From the IMG/VR virus record IMGVR_UViG_3300021400_000025, positions 214,479 to 278,478 of that record: 64,000 nucleotides of DNA, one strand, 5' to 3'. A model generated the notes under the pieces. It worked only from the letters and a program-made list of their open reading frames with translations. It ran no database searches and had not been told where the DNA came from. Below are positions 40,874 through 51,648 of the stretch, piece after piece; the stretch's first letter is position 1; the number at the start of each line of letters is the position of its first letter. This DNA is from a virus. Taxonomy: Duplodnaviria > Heunggongvirae > Uroviricota > Caudoviricetes. A program made the position numbers and the translations under genes.

Positions 40874-41416
40874 TCAGAACAGTTCAAGGGGCTTCGTGTC
40901 CCTCTGCTCAGGCTCTGCCTCGTACATATCGTACTTCTTGACCTCATATCCCGTGAAGGAGAGGAAAAGGGAAGTTGGGAACTTGCGGCAGTAGTAGCGG
41001 TAGTCACGCACGAACTCATTGTATGCCTTTTTGTGCTGAGCCAACGTGTTCTCCGTGATTGAAATATCGTTCATCAAATTTTGGTAATTTTTCTGAGACT
41101 TCAAGTCGGGATAACGCTCCTCGACCCTGGAGAACGCGGCTATGCACTGCTTCGCGTCGTTTCCGCTCATGTTCTTGCCACGCGCCTCGATGACCTTGAC
41201 GAGCGTGTTGTACTCATGCTCATCGTACTTCTTCACGCAAGCGGCAAGTTCATGCAACTTGTTGAACCTGTTTGAGAGCTGGACGTCAATTCCAGACTTC
41301 GCCGCGTTGACATTCTCCTCAAGGGAAATTGCCCCATTCTTGCTGGACATGATCATGCAAAGTCCAACCAGACCAACGCCGACGATTGCGGCCAATGTTA
41401 TCAATACTGCTTTCAT
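40874..41416 (-). CDS. lemA: LemA family protein
   Basis: TM helix, IDVQLSNRF, ERYPDLKS, EN..A..K..YN..VR.Y, KFPT motifs. Confidence 0.88.
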   Translation of the reverse strand: MKAVLITLAAIVGVGLVGLCMIMSSKNGAISLEENVNAAKSGIDVQLSNRFNKLHELAACVKKYDEHEYNTLVKVIEARGKNMSGNDAKQCIAAFSRVEERYPDLKSQKNYQNLMNDISITENTLAQHKKAYNEFVRDYRYYCRKFPTSLFLSFTGYEVKKYDMYEAEPEQRDTKPLELF

Positions 41417-41693
41417 TTTTGTTCTCTTTCTTGTTTTTGGTTATCGTTTTTCCATGCAGGGACATCCTGCATGATGAATCAGTGAAATCGCGTTTGAATG
41501 ACGAACAAGAACCTGAAGGTACTCATGCCCATCCACCTCAAACAGGGTGTAGAGACATGTGTTCCATTCCCAACTTCTGATTATCCTCGGCGCAGTCCCA
41601 TAGTTGGACAACTGCGCAGGTGAAAGCCCAGACGCAAGCGCGACCAAAGCAGCCATAATAAGTTTCTTCATGTGCATTTTCTCCTCTTTCTTG

Positions 41694-42089
41694 TCATATC
41701 TTCCCGAACATTTCAACTGCTGCATTCAAGAACACAACCAATTCAAACAATTCGTTCTTGTCCTTGAATGAGGATTTCATGAACTCGTAGAAGTCAAGAA
41801 CATACTTCGCCCTCTCCCTGCTTATTTCAAGCTGCTTGAACCTTGAAAGGAGAAGAGTCCAGAACAGATGCTTGCACACCACCTCATTCTCATTCAGAAT
41901 GTTGGGATCTTTGTGGAAAACCTCATACATGGCGTTGATGTTCTGTTGGATTCTGTCAACTTCCCACACCGATGGCTCGTCGATATTGAGCATCATGGTT
42001 GATGCCTGAAGCATGACAACCCACTCCCTCAATCTGACAAGGTTGAAGTAGTCAACCGGATGCCGTACTATGGCAATAAGTTTTCTCAT
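41694..42089 (-). CDS. Hypothetical protein
   Basis: Intact ORF in the operon. Confidence 0.5.
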   Translation of the reverse strand: MRKLIAIVRHPVDYFNLVRLREWVVMLQASTMMLNIDEPSVWEVDRIQQNINAMYEVFHKDPNILNENEVVCKHLFWTLLLSRFKQLEISRERAKYVLDFYEFMKSSFKDKNELFELVVFLNAAVEMFGKI

Positions 42090-42843
42090 TTCAGTTTCCC
42101 CTCTTGTAGTATTCCTTGACGATGCTTGAGATGTCCATCAGACGGTCAAGCAAGTCCGTACCTGGGTTGATTATGGTTGTTGAACTTCCATCCACATGAA
42201 AATGCGGACCTTCGGCAACGGTTACGTCCCTTGACAGAACCCTCGCTATCTTGTCAATGCACTCTTCTGCTGTCATGTCAATCCTCCCACTTCAATTCCA
42301 TGTCCACCCGCATACATGTCATTTGGTGGCTCGTCCTTCAACTTGGCAATATTTTCCGCTTCCCTTTGCATCGCCGCTTCAAGGTGGTCAATGCAGTTCT
42401 CGCAAAGTTCCCAGGTCTTGATATTGTTCTTGTAGCCGTTCCAATCGCGGATTTCCTTGTAGCATTTGTGCAGATGGCAGATATCAACTTCCATTCCACA
42501 GCAGTCGCAAACATGTATCGTCTTCGTCATTTCAGTTCTCCTGGACATTTCCAACGAGAGAACCGAGTTTGGTTCTGTCAATTCCCTTTGCGTAGACTAC
42601 ATAGGTTTTGCTTAATGGATGCCAATTCACCTCCAGATGGACAGGAACGAAATCTCGTTTCTCCAAATCAGACACGACATTTGAAATGGCGTTCTCAATC
42701 TTGTCTGGCTTGTCAACAGAAATCTTGGTGGAATAATCGGATGTCACTCGGATGGGAGAGTAGCATATCACAAACCCTATCCCAAGCACAATGAGCAGGA
42801 TGCCCACTATTGGCACAATACATTTCATCATTTCAGTTCTCCT

Positions 42844-44121
42844 TTACTTGCAGTCAAGCGCGTAAATGGGGCAACTTGTGGAACACTTGTTGCATTTTCG
42901 GAATCCATTGAGCATCTTGTCGGTTGCCCATACATCCATCAACTTCGTGTTCCCATTGAGCAAGTCAATCGCGGAATCCTCAAATACATGCTCCACGAAA
43001 CTGCATGGGGTGATTTTCCCCTCAACGTTGCAGTATATCGAAATTCTTGCTGATTCACAAGGCTCGATTGAGGTGCATAGATGGGACTTCCCCATTTCAA
43101 CCAGAATGTCCTGGACATTGTGCCCATTGCAGGAGTCAAACCCAAACGAAATGTCGTTGTCAAGGCAGAACTTCATCACCTTGGTCAGATTTTCCTTGGA
43201 GAGACTGCAATCAAGGTTCTTCGCTCGTCCAACCGGCTTTGCGTGGAGCATGACAACGGACTTAAGTCCAGGAACCTTGCCATCCTTGATGTCGTTCAGA
43301 ACATCCATTATGTGCGTCATGGAGAAGTCGGCTATCACGATGTGCATGTTCACAGACATGTTTCGCTTGAACTTCTCCCTTGCTGTGTCATGGAGTTTCT
43401 TGATGGTGTTGTAGCAAAGGTCTTTCGCCTTGTCATAGCAACTGACTGCGCAAGCACCACAATACTGGCACAGGACATCCGTCATTTCATCGTCAAGGTC
43501 TGCTCCTGTCAAGGTGAGGTTTCCAACAATGCCATATTCACGGAGCCACTTCAACATGTCTGCGAGATATGGATTGGACTTGACCCCAGTGATGCCAAGC
43601 GCAACTTGGGACAGGTTTCTCGGAAATCCCATCACAATCTTCTTGAACTGCTCAAGGGTCATCACCTTGCCAGCGGCAGAGGTGTTGTTCTTGTAGCACC
43701 AACGGCAATTTTCTGAATTCACCTTGGGGCAAGAACCAGTCACCACTTCAATGTCCGCGATTTCCGGCCCGAGTGGACACCATGATGGGTCATCCTCAAA
43801 GGTCTTGCCCATTCGCACGTTGAACCCAGTTGTCTTGTTGAAAATCTGGAAGTAGTCAAGCTGGGACGTGTTGATGACGAACTTGTGCGTGTCGGTGTCC
43901 ACCACAGCCCATTCGCTCACAACGCCATCCACTTCCCTTCTGTAAATCTGAATCCTCGCGTCCTTCACGGAAGCTGGCGTGAAGTTGGCATATGCCTTTG
44001 GGTCTGGCATGGACTTGGCGTCGAAACTCTGCCTCACGTATTCGTTGAAGCACCTTTCAACCACCAACCTGATTTCCTCAGACATCTTCTTGGATGCCTC
44101 TGTTGCCTCTTCTGCTGTCAT
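42844..44121 (-). CDS. Radical SAM protein with a SPASM/twitch-like C-terminus
   Basis: C-X7-C-X2-C variant motif (CPKVNSENCRWC); CESAR..YCNVEG...PCSF. Confidence 0.8.
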   Translation of the reverse strand: MTAEEATEASKKMSEEIRLVVERCFNEYVRQSFDAKSMPDPKAYANFTPASVKDARIQIYRREVDGVVSEWAVVDTDTHKFVINTSQLDYFQIFNKTTGFNVRMGKTFEDDPSWCPLGPEIADIEVVTGSCPKVNSENCRWCYKNNTSAAGKVMTLEQFKKIVMGFPRNLSQVALGITGVKSNPYLADMLKWLREYGIVGNLTLTGADLDDEMTDVLCQYCGACAVSCYDKAKDLCYNTIKKLHDTAREKFKRNMSVNMHIVIADFSMTHIMDVLNDIKDGKVPGLKSVVMLHAKPVGRAKNLDCSLSKENLTKVMKFCLDNDISFGFDSCNGHNVQDILVEMGKSHLCTSIEPCESARISIYCNVEGKITPCSFVEHVFEDSAIDLLNGNTKLMDVWATDKMLNGFRKCNKCSTSCPIYALDCK

Positions 44122-45099
44122 CGTTCATGCTCCCTTCTTCTTGATGTTGCACAAAGTCTCGTCGGATTCCTCGTACCACTGGTCAATGGCGGGCTGCTCA
44201 ACGCCAAGGTTCTGGAGAATCTGGTGGAATCTCCAATCAGGGTAAAGTTCAACCATGTCCTTGATGGTCTCAACTATCTGTCTGTTCGCCGCTTGCCTGT
44301 TCATTGTTTCATGCTCCTTTCACAGATTCTCACATCCAAGGTTCACAACATCGCAGACGAAATCCTGTGGGTTGACGCCGTTCTTGTGACACCAAGTGAG
44401 AATTGCGCAGTTGAAGTCAATGTACCTGTCAATGATGGGACACAAATCGTTCAGGAACGCCTCGCGCTTCTTCTCGCTGCCCTTGCAGTGGGACTTCACG
44501 AATGCGTTGAGGTCGCGCCACGACGCGGTGCTTTCCATGGCGAATCTCCGGGCGTTCTTGTCCCATGTCCGCTTTGTGACTCCAGTTTTCTTCATCGTTG
44601 TTTCTCCTTGTTTTCCTTCAACCCCTACAGTATACCACAATCTGGGTTGGATGTCAATGGGGTTGTTGATTTCATCAACAAAACCTTGATTGCATCAATG
44701 GGGTCAGCTTCAATTCTTCTTGTAATAACCCCAGTTGTCCCACCACGCGGTGCACTGGCAATACACGACCTCGGCTTCCCCCTTGTTGAACAGGTCTGAG
44801 AACAGCTTCTCCCAGTCCACGATGGTCTTGCCATGGTCACGTTCGTGTTCATGCGGCTCAAAGCATTTGATGCGTTTGCGAACCTCTCCAACAACATGCG
44901 CCCAGGCGGCTTCCTTCGTGGGAAACGCCCATATCCGCTCATCCTCAATGTCACCACGCCAGTAATAGGTAATGACGTGCTTGTTGCGCTTGGAATTTCG
45001 CTGACGATTGCTCATGGACACACTTCTCCTTGTTTTCCTTGTCAACATCAACAGTATATCATATAATGTCTCGGAAGTCAAGGGGTGTCTGGAAACTTT

Positions 45100-45453
45100 T
45101 CAGCGTTCCTCAACCGGAAGAAAAACCTTCAGAGGATACCAGTAGCTGCCAATCATGACATTCTCAACATCCCCCTTGCCATAGAGGACGATTGAGCAAT
45201 CTTCCCTCTTGTCATCGTCAATGACCTCCAGACAATCCTTGGCGTTCTGGAGGTTGGTGAACATCATCGCGCCATCTTCAGGGCAATCAACCCAGTTCTC
45301 AATGCCCCAGAAGAAGGACTCGTCCTCTGTTCCAGGACATTCAACCTCGTTGGAGAACCCACCAAAGAACTTCTCGGTGTTCGTGTTGGAATCACGATGG
45401 ACAATCATGAACCGACTGTTCTCGTTTTGCTTCACTTCAATCTTCTCGATCAT
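45100..45453 (-). CDS. Hypothetical protein
   Basis: Intact ORF. Confidence 0.5.
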   Translation of the reverse strand: MIEKIEVKQNENSRFMIVHRDSNTNTEKFFGGFSNEVECPGTEDESFFWGIENWVDCPEDGAMMFTNLQNAKDCLEVIDDDKREDCSIVLYGKGDVENVMIGSYWYPLKVFLPVEER

Positions 45454-45746
45454 ATTTTCGCTTCCTTTCCTGGAACCTCTCCCAACCCAACAACCCTTAT
45501 CCTTTCAGGTGGAATGTCACCCCATGCGCAAATTTCATCCGTGTTCTCAATGCAAGGCGTTGTCATTCTGCAATTCAGACCATCAACATCAACCTCAAGC
45601 AACACAAGCCCATCGTCAATCCAACTGTCCGGATCTTCTGAAAGAAACACGAACGCGGACTTGTGGTCTCCATGACAACGCAGAAGTCCATGTTCTAATA
45701 TGGATTCCACATTCTCTGGCTTGGTGACATGGTAGAGTGGTTTCAC
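45450..45746 (-). CDS. ART-fold protein (KptA/Tpt1-like)
   Basis: LYHVT..ENVESILEHGL...VFLS...IPPERI. Confidence 0.6.
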   Translation of the reverse strand: MKPLYHVTKPENVESILEHGLLRCHGDHKSAFVFLSEDPDSWIDDGLVLLEVDVDGLNCRMTTPCIENTDEICAWGDIPPERIRVVGLGEVPGKEAKI

Positions 45747-46008
45747 TGCTTTCCCCTCAATCTTTCCTCAACCCCATCCCAATAGCCCTTGTTGAAGCCA
45801 AGATACTCGCCAGTGCATCCATCTTCAATGGAGATGCCACGTTCCTGCGCCAATTGGAACACCGCATCCTGAAGATTGTTCATGGTGTAGTTCATCGGCT
45901 TTGGGAGGTGGTAGTCGCCAGCCACTATGGAATGCGCGAAGTTGAACGCCCAAGCGATGACGTCCCTCTCGTTCTCAGTAAGCCTCTCGGCATCTGACAA
46001 CTTGGTTT

Positions 46009-46245
46009 TCACGCCTTCGTCTCCTTCTTCGCCCGAGCCTTCGCAAGCCTTTCCTTCGCGGCCTGACGCTGCTCGTCTGTCATGTTCCGCGACCTGTTGG
46101 GGTTCTTGCCCAACCTGAATGGATATAGGGGGCATTCAGTGGCAGGACACAACTTGACTTCCTCCCTCTGCCCACAACAGCAATCCAGACACTTCGCCTT
46201 GATTGCCTTGATGGGGGAGGTGATTTCCTTTTTTGTGTTTTCCAT
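46009..46245 (-). CDS. Small Cys-rich phage protein
   Basis: PIKAIKAKCLDC...VKLC...CPLYPFRLG motif. Confidence 0.6.
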   Translation of the reverse strand: MENTKKEITSPIKAIKAKCLDCCCGQREEVKLCPATECPLYPFRLGKNPNRSRNMTDEQRQAAKERLAKARAKKETKA

Positions 46246-46309
46246 TTTCTTCTACTCTCTTTCTCCTTGAACCATTATACAACAAATCCACGGTTCCGTA
46301 AAGCCACAA

Positions 46310-47251
46310 TCACACCATGCCTTGGCAAGCTGAATCCAGATTGTTCCACAACTCGTCGTCAATCCAATGTCCACCTGGGTGAGCATCGTCACGGGTGTAG
46401 TTCTCCTTCGTGACGCAAAGAAGATCAGAGACTGGAATGAGGGTGTAGACCCTGCGACGCCGGTGGATGTCCTCGTAGATTGACTTCAAGTAGGAATAGA
46501 CGGTGACAACCATCTGGGTATAATCAAGAAACTTCGAGTCCTGAATCCCGAACTCGTTGACGCACACATTGTCCTTCCATGTCGCGGAAATTGCCTGCCA
46601 TGGAAGATTGCGCGTGAACGAAAGCCCAACAGGAGCCTTGAACTTGCGGTTCTTCAACTTCACCGTGGAATACTTCGTGAATGAAGTGACATAGCCAGAC
46701 TCAACAACGTTCTTGACAGCCTTCCAAGATTCACGAGGAACATCAAGTGGAAACTTGCCCGGGGAAATCTCGTTGTTCACCACATCGCGGATTTTCTCAT
46801 TGTATAGTGGAAGAAGTTCAAGAATCCATGCAGGAATCCTTGCATCACGATCTATCTCCGCAGCATCCTCAATCCTCTCGCTGTGGTCGTTCACATAGCC
46901 ACACTTGACGAACAAGGGGACAAGTTTCCTGTTCCTCTGATAGACAATGTCCTTGTCCTCCCACCACTTCAACCCATATTCCCATGAACCATCACGATAG
47001 TGGATTTTCACTGGAAGCATGTTGGTGTCGGAAAAACCATCGTTGAATGCCTTGGTTGAAAACACCATCCCATTGAACGTCCTGCTTGCAAGTTCCCCAT
47101 TTCTGCCAATATAGGAAAACTTGAGGTAATCCCCCTCGTACTTCGTCTTGCCATTCTCCACCCTCTTCCAGAGGTTGGCAAGAGACTGTATGATGTTCGC
47201 CTTGGGCAAGTCCTCAAGGGAAACCACCTCAATCCGCTTAATTCTTTTCAT
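46310..47251 (-). CDS. Hypothetical protein
   Basis: Long intact ORF, probable start MKRIKR. Confidence 0.55.
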   Translation of the reverse strand: MKRIKRIEVVSLEDLPKANIIQSLANLWKRVENGKTKYEGDYLKFSYIGRNGELASRTFNGMVFSTKAFNDGFSDTNMLPVKIHYRDGSWEYGLKWWEDKDIVYQRNRKLVPLFVKCGYVNDHSERIEDAAEIDRDARIPAWILELLPLYNEKIRDVVNNEISPGKFPLDVPRESWKAVKNVVESGYVTSFTKYSTVKLKNRKFKAPVGLSFTRNLPWQAISATWKDNVCVNEFGIQDSKFLDYTQMVVTVYSYLKSIYEDIHRRRRVYTLIPVSDLLCVTKENYTRDDAHPGGHWIDDELWNNLDSACQGMV

Positions 47252-47610
47252 ATGTGAGCCATTCTCCAGGTCTGTTTCCAATCGCAATCTTTTGAGTCCC
47301 AAACTCCACTGTCTGCATGACATCCTCGTTCACCAACTTCGTTCCCTTGTATGTCATGAGGACAATCTTGATTTCATCCAGACTCCAATTTGATGGGGCA
47401 GGGCAATTTGAACTCGTCTCAATGTTGTATCTGTCATGGGCGAGCTTGAAGTTGCCATAGTCCATGCGGTATTCCTTGCGCTTGATAGGATGCCCTGGTT
47501 GCACATAGGAAATCCGGACTGAGAAGATGTTGCGATATCCCCGCTTATGGCTTTTCTTCAATGCCCACAAACAGGCTGAATCGTCTGAATATGGAATGCC
47601 TTTGTTCATT

Positions 47611-48669
47611 TCACTTCATTCCGATAATCTCAACAACGTCAGAATTAATTTCAGCTTTCTTCGTAAAACGAATAACCAATGTCATCTTATGTTCCTTACC
47701 ATCAGATAAGATAGAACTAATCTTTTTCCCCACAAATGAAGATTTCAAGACATAACCATGAAATGACTCCCAATCTTCACTATCTCTTGTATATGCGCGA
47801 ATACTAACTGACCAATGAGTTTTTTCACATTCATCAAATTCATAGTTGTAATAGTCATCAATCTCACAATCACAAACATACTCCACTGGCTTCATTTTCG
47901 GCATAGAAGCCTTGAACATCTTTGGGGCAATGTATTTAGCCACACGCTTACTTTCTTGAATGGTATCTGCTCTTTCCGTATTTTCAAGGCACTGATTAAA
48001 AAAATTATCTATACATAGCACATAAACATTTTTTAACTTCACCGATATATCACTTATATGAGATGAATTTAGATAAACACCCCCATAATTATTTCGTTCA
48101 AAAGTACCATCTTCACAATCAACTTCCCGACCTTGAGCTGTCTGGGAGCCAATCTTAAATAACCACAAATCTGAAATATTTGTGTCCTTGTTATATCCAT
48201 TAAATGCTTGCCTTTGTTGTGCAAGCCAGAACAATTTGATTGGTACTTCAGAAAATACAGCATATAAATATGAATCAGAAAAATCGGTTTGAAAATTTTT
48301 AGTGAAACTTCCTGGAGAACTTGTATAGTCAGATGTTCCTGTTTGAATTAGTCGAGGATTAGTCCATACTTTAGAATCAAACCAATTTGATGATGTAAGT
48401 CTCCATATTTTAATCCATTTTTTCATTTCAAAATCGTCTAAATCCAAATTTTCGGGAAGAATTTCTTTAGGAAATTTCAACCCAATTAAACCACGTCCAA
48501 ATGGTCTGCTCTTAAATACAATTATCTTACAATGATAGTTATTTTTTAGCGTTCTCGCAAAATCCAATACGCCATCGTGTGTTCGCCGCATTGCAGTTCC
48601 AAAACCACCTTGCGCCCAACTACACATCATATAAAATATAATCACACAAGATATTGATAGCCTTTTCAT
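47611..48669 (-). CDS. AT-rich secreted hypothetical protein
   Basis: N-terminal signal peptide; visibly more AT-rich than neighbours; own TTGACA-TATACT promoter. Confidence 0.55.
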   Translation of the reverse strand: MKRLSISCVIIFYMMCSWAQGGFGTAMRRTHDGVLDFARTLKNNYHCKIIVFKSRPFGRGLIGLKFPKEILPENLDLDDFEMKKWIKIWRLTSSNWFDSKVWTNPRLIQTGTSDYTSSPGSFTKNFQTDFSDSYLYAVFSEVPIKLFWLAQQRQAFNGYNKDTNISDLWLFKIGSQTAQGREVDCEDGTFERNNYGGVYLNSSHISDISVKLKNVYVLCIDNFFNQCLENTERADTIQESKRVAKYIAPKMFKASMPKMKPVEYVCDCEIDDYYNYEFDECEKTHWSVSIRAYTRDSEDWESFHGYVLKSSFVGKKISSILSDGKEHKMTLVIRFTKKAEINSDVVEIIGMK

Positions 48670-48777
48670 TTTTGACTTCTCCTATTGGTTGTTTTCAACC
48701 CCTATAGTATACACTATTTTGGCGTGAATGTCAATGGGGGTCTCTGAAACATCCACGAAAATGCCATAACTTCCAAA

Positions 48778-49158
48778 TCACTTGGAGAAATCAACTTCTT
48801 CAACAGTTATGCCGGTGTTCTTGGAAATCCAATCAGCAATCAAATGCCTATGGCAGAACTCACCTGGCTTCTCGTAGCATAGCATGACGGCATTGTCTCC
48901 CATGTCTGCCACAACCTTTTCTGGATTCAGCTTTGAAAGCACTGTCTCGTTGTACTTCCCAATGTACCAGTCATTGGAGAGATGCTTGTTCTTCCACTCC
49001 CAAAACCACTCTTTCCTTGGGGCAAGGTCTGGATAGAAGTGGGCTTCGTCCAGGTCAAAGAAGAACTTTGGGGCATAGCCTGCAACGCACACCAGATTGT
49101 TCAATCCACATTCTTGGAGATTCTTGACCTTTGCGAAATAGGAAGTGTACAAATTCAT
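48778..49158 (-). CDS. DUF488-like protein
   Basis: YTSYF, LAP, LCYEKPGEFCHRHLIA. Confidence 0.75.
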   Translation of the reverse strand: MNLYTSYFAKVKNLQECGLNNLVCVAGYAPKFFFDLDEAHFYPDLAPRKEWFWEWKNKHLSNDWYIGKYNETVLSKLNPEKVVADMGDNAVMLCYEKPGEFCHRHLIADWISKNTGITVEEVDFSK

Positions 49159-49167
49159 AGATATTTA

Positions 49168-50520
49168 GGTGAAGGAAACGCAACCATCTTCAGTGGTTGC
49201 GATGAATTCACCATCTCCTTTCAATATATTATACCACTTGAAAATATTTTTGTAAAGACGCTCATTTATAATGAAGTTTTTGGACAAATCTGTGTAAATA
49301 ATATTGTTATGAGAACATACAAGGTCAAATTGGAATTCGAGAACCAGAATGTCAAGGACTTCTGGAGGAAACGCATTTGCCTTGTACGAGATTGCTATAA
49401 CTACGCTTCCAACATCATATTCAACGAGAAATTGCCCCTTGGACTAAAGTCAGTTCACAATAGGTTGTACTATGAACTCAGGAACAAGTTCAAGGAACTT
49501 CCATCTCAAATGTGCATCCAAGTAGAACGCGCCTTGATTGCGAACTACAAGTCTATTCGTTCTAATGGACACAAGATTGACAAGCCAATTCAGATGAAGC
49601 ACCCTTCAATCCAATTGGACAAGCGTTTGTTCTCAAATCTCACAAGAGAGTCTTTCAAGTTGAGCAATGGAGATGGGAACAACAGGTCGATTGTCAAGTT
49701 CGTCACATACCCCAAGTTCGACCAATTGGCTGAGATGTACAAGATGTGTGATCCAAAGCTGACATACAACGATGATACTGGTGTGTTCTATGCTTGTATT
49801 CCATTCTTGGACATCCCACCTACTCCGCACGAGGAAAGTTATATTGGAATGGATTTGGGAATGAAGAGGATTGCCACCTTGTCTGATGGAACAGCGTACT
49901 CTGACAAGAAGTACCTTGCGAATAGGAGAAGGATACGTCACAACAAGAGGATATTGCAATCCAAGAAGCACTCGCATTCTGCAAGAACCAAATTGAAGAA
50001 ACTTCGCAGAAAGGAAGCCAATGTCTCAAAGAACATGTGCCATCATCTGGCAAACGAGATATTGAAACACGATGGTTCTGTTATAGTGATGGAGGATTTG
50101 ACCAAGGTAAAGCAATCTACTTCCAAGACAAGGGATGGTTTCAAGAGAAATCGTCACAACAACGCAATCTCTCAGGTTCCGTTCTATTTGATAAGACAGA
50201 TTTTGACCTACAAGGCACTACTCAAGGGAAAGCGAGTAGAAACAGTTTCGCCCGAATACACATCCAGACAGGATTGCAGAACGCAATCTGGAGTTGGATG
50301 CAAACGTCAAGGGTGTAGGTTCTATACGAAAGATGGTATGGTGTTCGATGCAGATTGGAATGCTGCAATCAATATCATGAATCGGTATAAACACTCCACT
50401 TCGTTTAGTTTGCCTATTGACGGCAAGTTGAACTTGGTGGACAGGCCACTTCAACAGGCCAATAGTTCTATGAGCAATCACAGAGCAATCTCAACGGCTA
50501 AAGACCGTTGAGTAAGTTGA
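49168..50520 (+). mobile_element. IS200/IS605-family (IS1341-like, tnpB only) element
   Basis: Left-end hairpin CGCAACCA-TCTTCAG-TGGTTGCG and right-end hairpin CTCAACGG-CTAAAGA-CCGTTGAG flank tnpB; inserted opposite to the minus-strand operon. Confidence 0.75.
49309..50511 (+). CDS. tnpB: RNA-guided endonuclease TnpB
   Basis: RuvC motifs IGMDLG, VMEDL and DADWNAAINI; ATG at 49309. Confidence 0.9.
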   Translation: MRTYKVKLEFENQNVKDFWRKRICLVRDCYNYASNIIFNEKLPLGLKSVHNRLYYELRNKFKELPSQMCIQVERALIANYKSIRSNGHKIDKPIQMKHPSIQLDKRLFSNLTRESFKLSNGDGNNRSIVKFVTYPKFDQLAEMYKMCDPKLTYNDDTGVFYACIPFLDIPPTPHEESYIGMDLGMKRIATLSDGTAYSDKKYLANRRRIRHNKRILQSKKHSHSARTKLKKLRRKEANVSKNMCHHLANEILKHDGSVIVMEDLTKVKQSTSKTRDGFKRNRHNNAISQVPFYLIRQILTYKALLKGKRVETVSPEYTSRQDCRTQSGVGCKRQGCRFYTKDGMVFDADWNAAINIMNRYKHSTSFSLPIDGKLNLVDRPLQQANSSMSNHRAISTAKDR

Positions 50521-50682
50521 ATTATGAATTTCTCCAGTTCTTGTCAACCACAACCATCCCCGTTATTGGCTCATCACCATGCTCCTTGACCCACATGTTT
50601 ACTGCTTCAACCACAGTGGGAGCATCATACTCCTCTATGCCCTCTTCATCATCGTCGTTGTATCTGAATCCAATTCTTCCAT

Positions 50683-51309
50683 TCATGATATTGCATGTGC
50701 CTTTCGTTTCAGCATGAGAACGCCAAATCCAATTATACATAGAAGGGATGTGGATGGTTCTGGAACAGAATGATATGACATTGGCTTCCAATCAGTAACT
50801 GGTGGGTTCAGGTCAAATGTCGGATACATATGCGCCATAACTTGCTCATATGTGTATTTGTCGGATTCAGCCAAAACTTGAAATGCTCCAGACATATATG
50901 TATCGTCATCCCAGTCCATTCTGCCAAGTTCAATTGAGAACAAGGCTTCCATCCCAAGTTCGGTTGGAACATGAGATTGTTGATAATCTATGCCATAGTA
51001 ACCACTTCCTGAATCTCCTACCCAAACACCTAAGTGTCCACCACCAACATCCAATTCATATGCGCTTGTATCTTCGTTGTACTAATAGTTGTCAAGATAT
51101 ATCGGAGAAGTCAATCCTCCCCCACTTATCTTCACCCTTGCTGCTGGATTATGCAAATCATCATCTGGAACAGGTGAAAGAAACGTATATACAGATGATT
51201 CTCCATCAACTGTGGCATCACCATCAACTGTCCACAACAAAACATCTCCGCTTCCATTCAAGAAAGCGAGGCATGCAATCAATATGGCAACAAGTCTCTT
51301 CTTCATCAT
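50683..51309 (-). CDS. PEP-CTERM sorting-domain protein; TAG read-through
   Basis: Signal peptide MKKRLVAIL..., C-terminal VPEPSTSLLCIIGFGVLMLKRK; halves joined at TAG 51082. Confidence 0.8.
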
Positions 51310-51342
51310 AATCAACTATTTACAATTCCAACATCGGGAAAA

Positions 51343-51645
51343 TCACAAATCTTGTCCCGAATATGGCAGAACACCATGTGGATCAGTTTCCTTCACACGA
51401 TTGCCGCCATGCGTGGATATGTGCTGGACAGCAATGTCTGGAAGTCCATTGGTTATGACGATGCAGACATTTTGTGCCGGGATTCGACAGAACCCATTGG
51501 TATCAACATTCATCTTCACTTCCTGCCATTCTGAACTGGAAAGTTTCACGACAAAAACATCATCATGTCCACCAAAGGCAAATGCCAATCCAGACACCAC
51601 ACACAATGTCATAATAATCTTCTTCATAATGTTCCAATTATACAA
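51343..51645 (-). CDS. Small secreted protein
   Basis: Signal peptide MKKIIMTLC...AFA. Confidence 0.45.
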   Translation of the reverse strand: MYNWNIMKKIIMTLCVVSGLAFAFGGHDDVFVVKLSSSEWQEVKMNVDTNGFCRIPAQNVCIVITNGLPDIAVQHISTHGGNRVKETDPHGVLPYSGQDL

Positions 51646-51648
51646 TAA

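Noticed and set aside
48982-49308. N-terminal extension of TnpB in the ORF track
   Set aside because: It overlaps the opposite-strand DUF488-like gene and the IS left end; the ATG at 49309 gives a typical TnpB start
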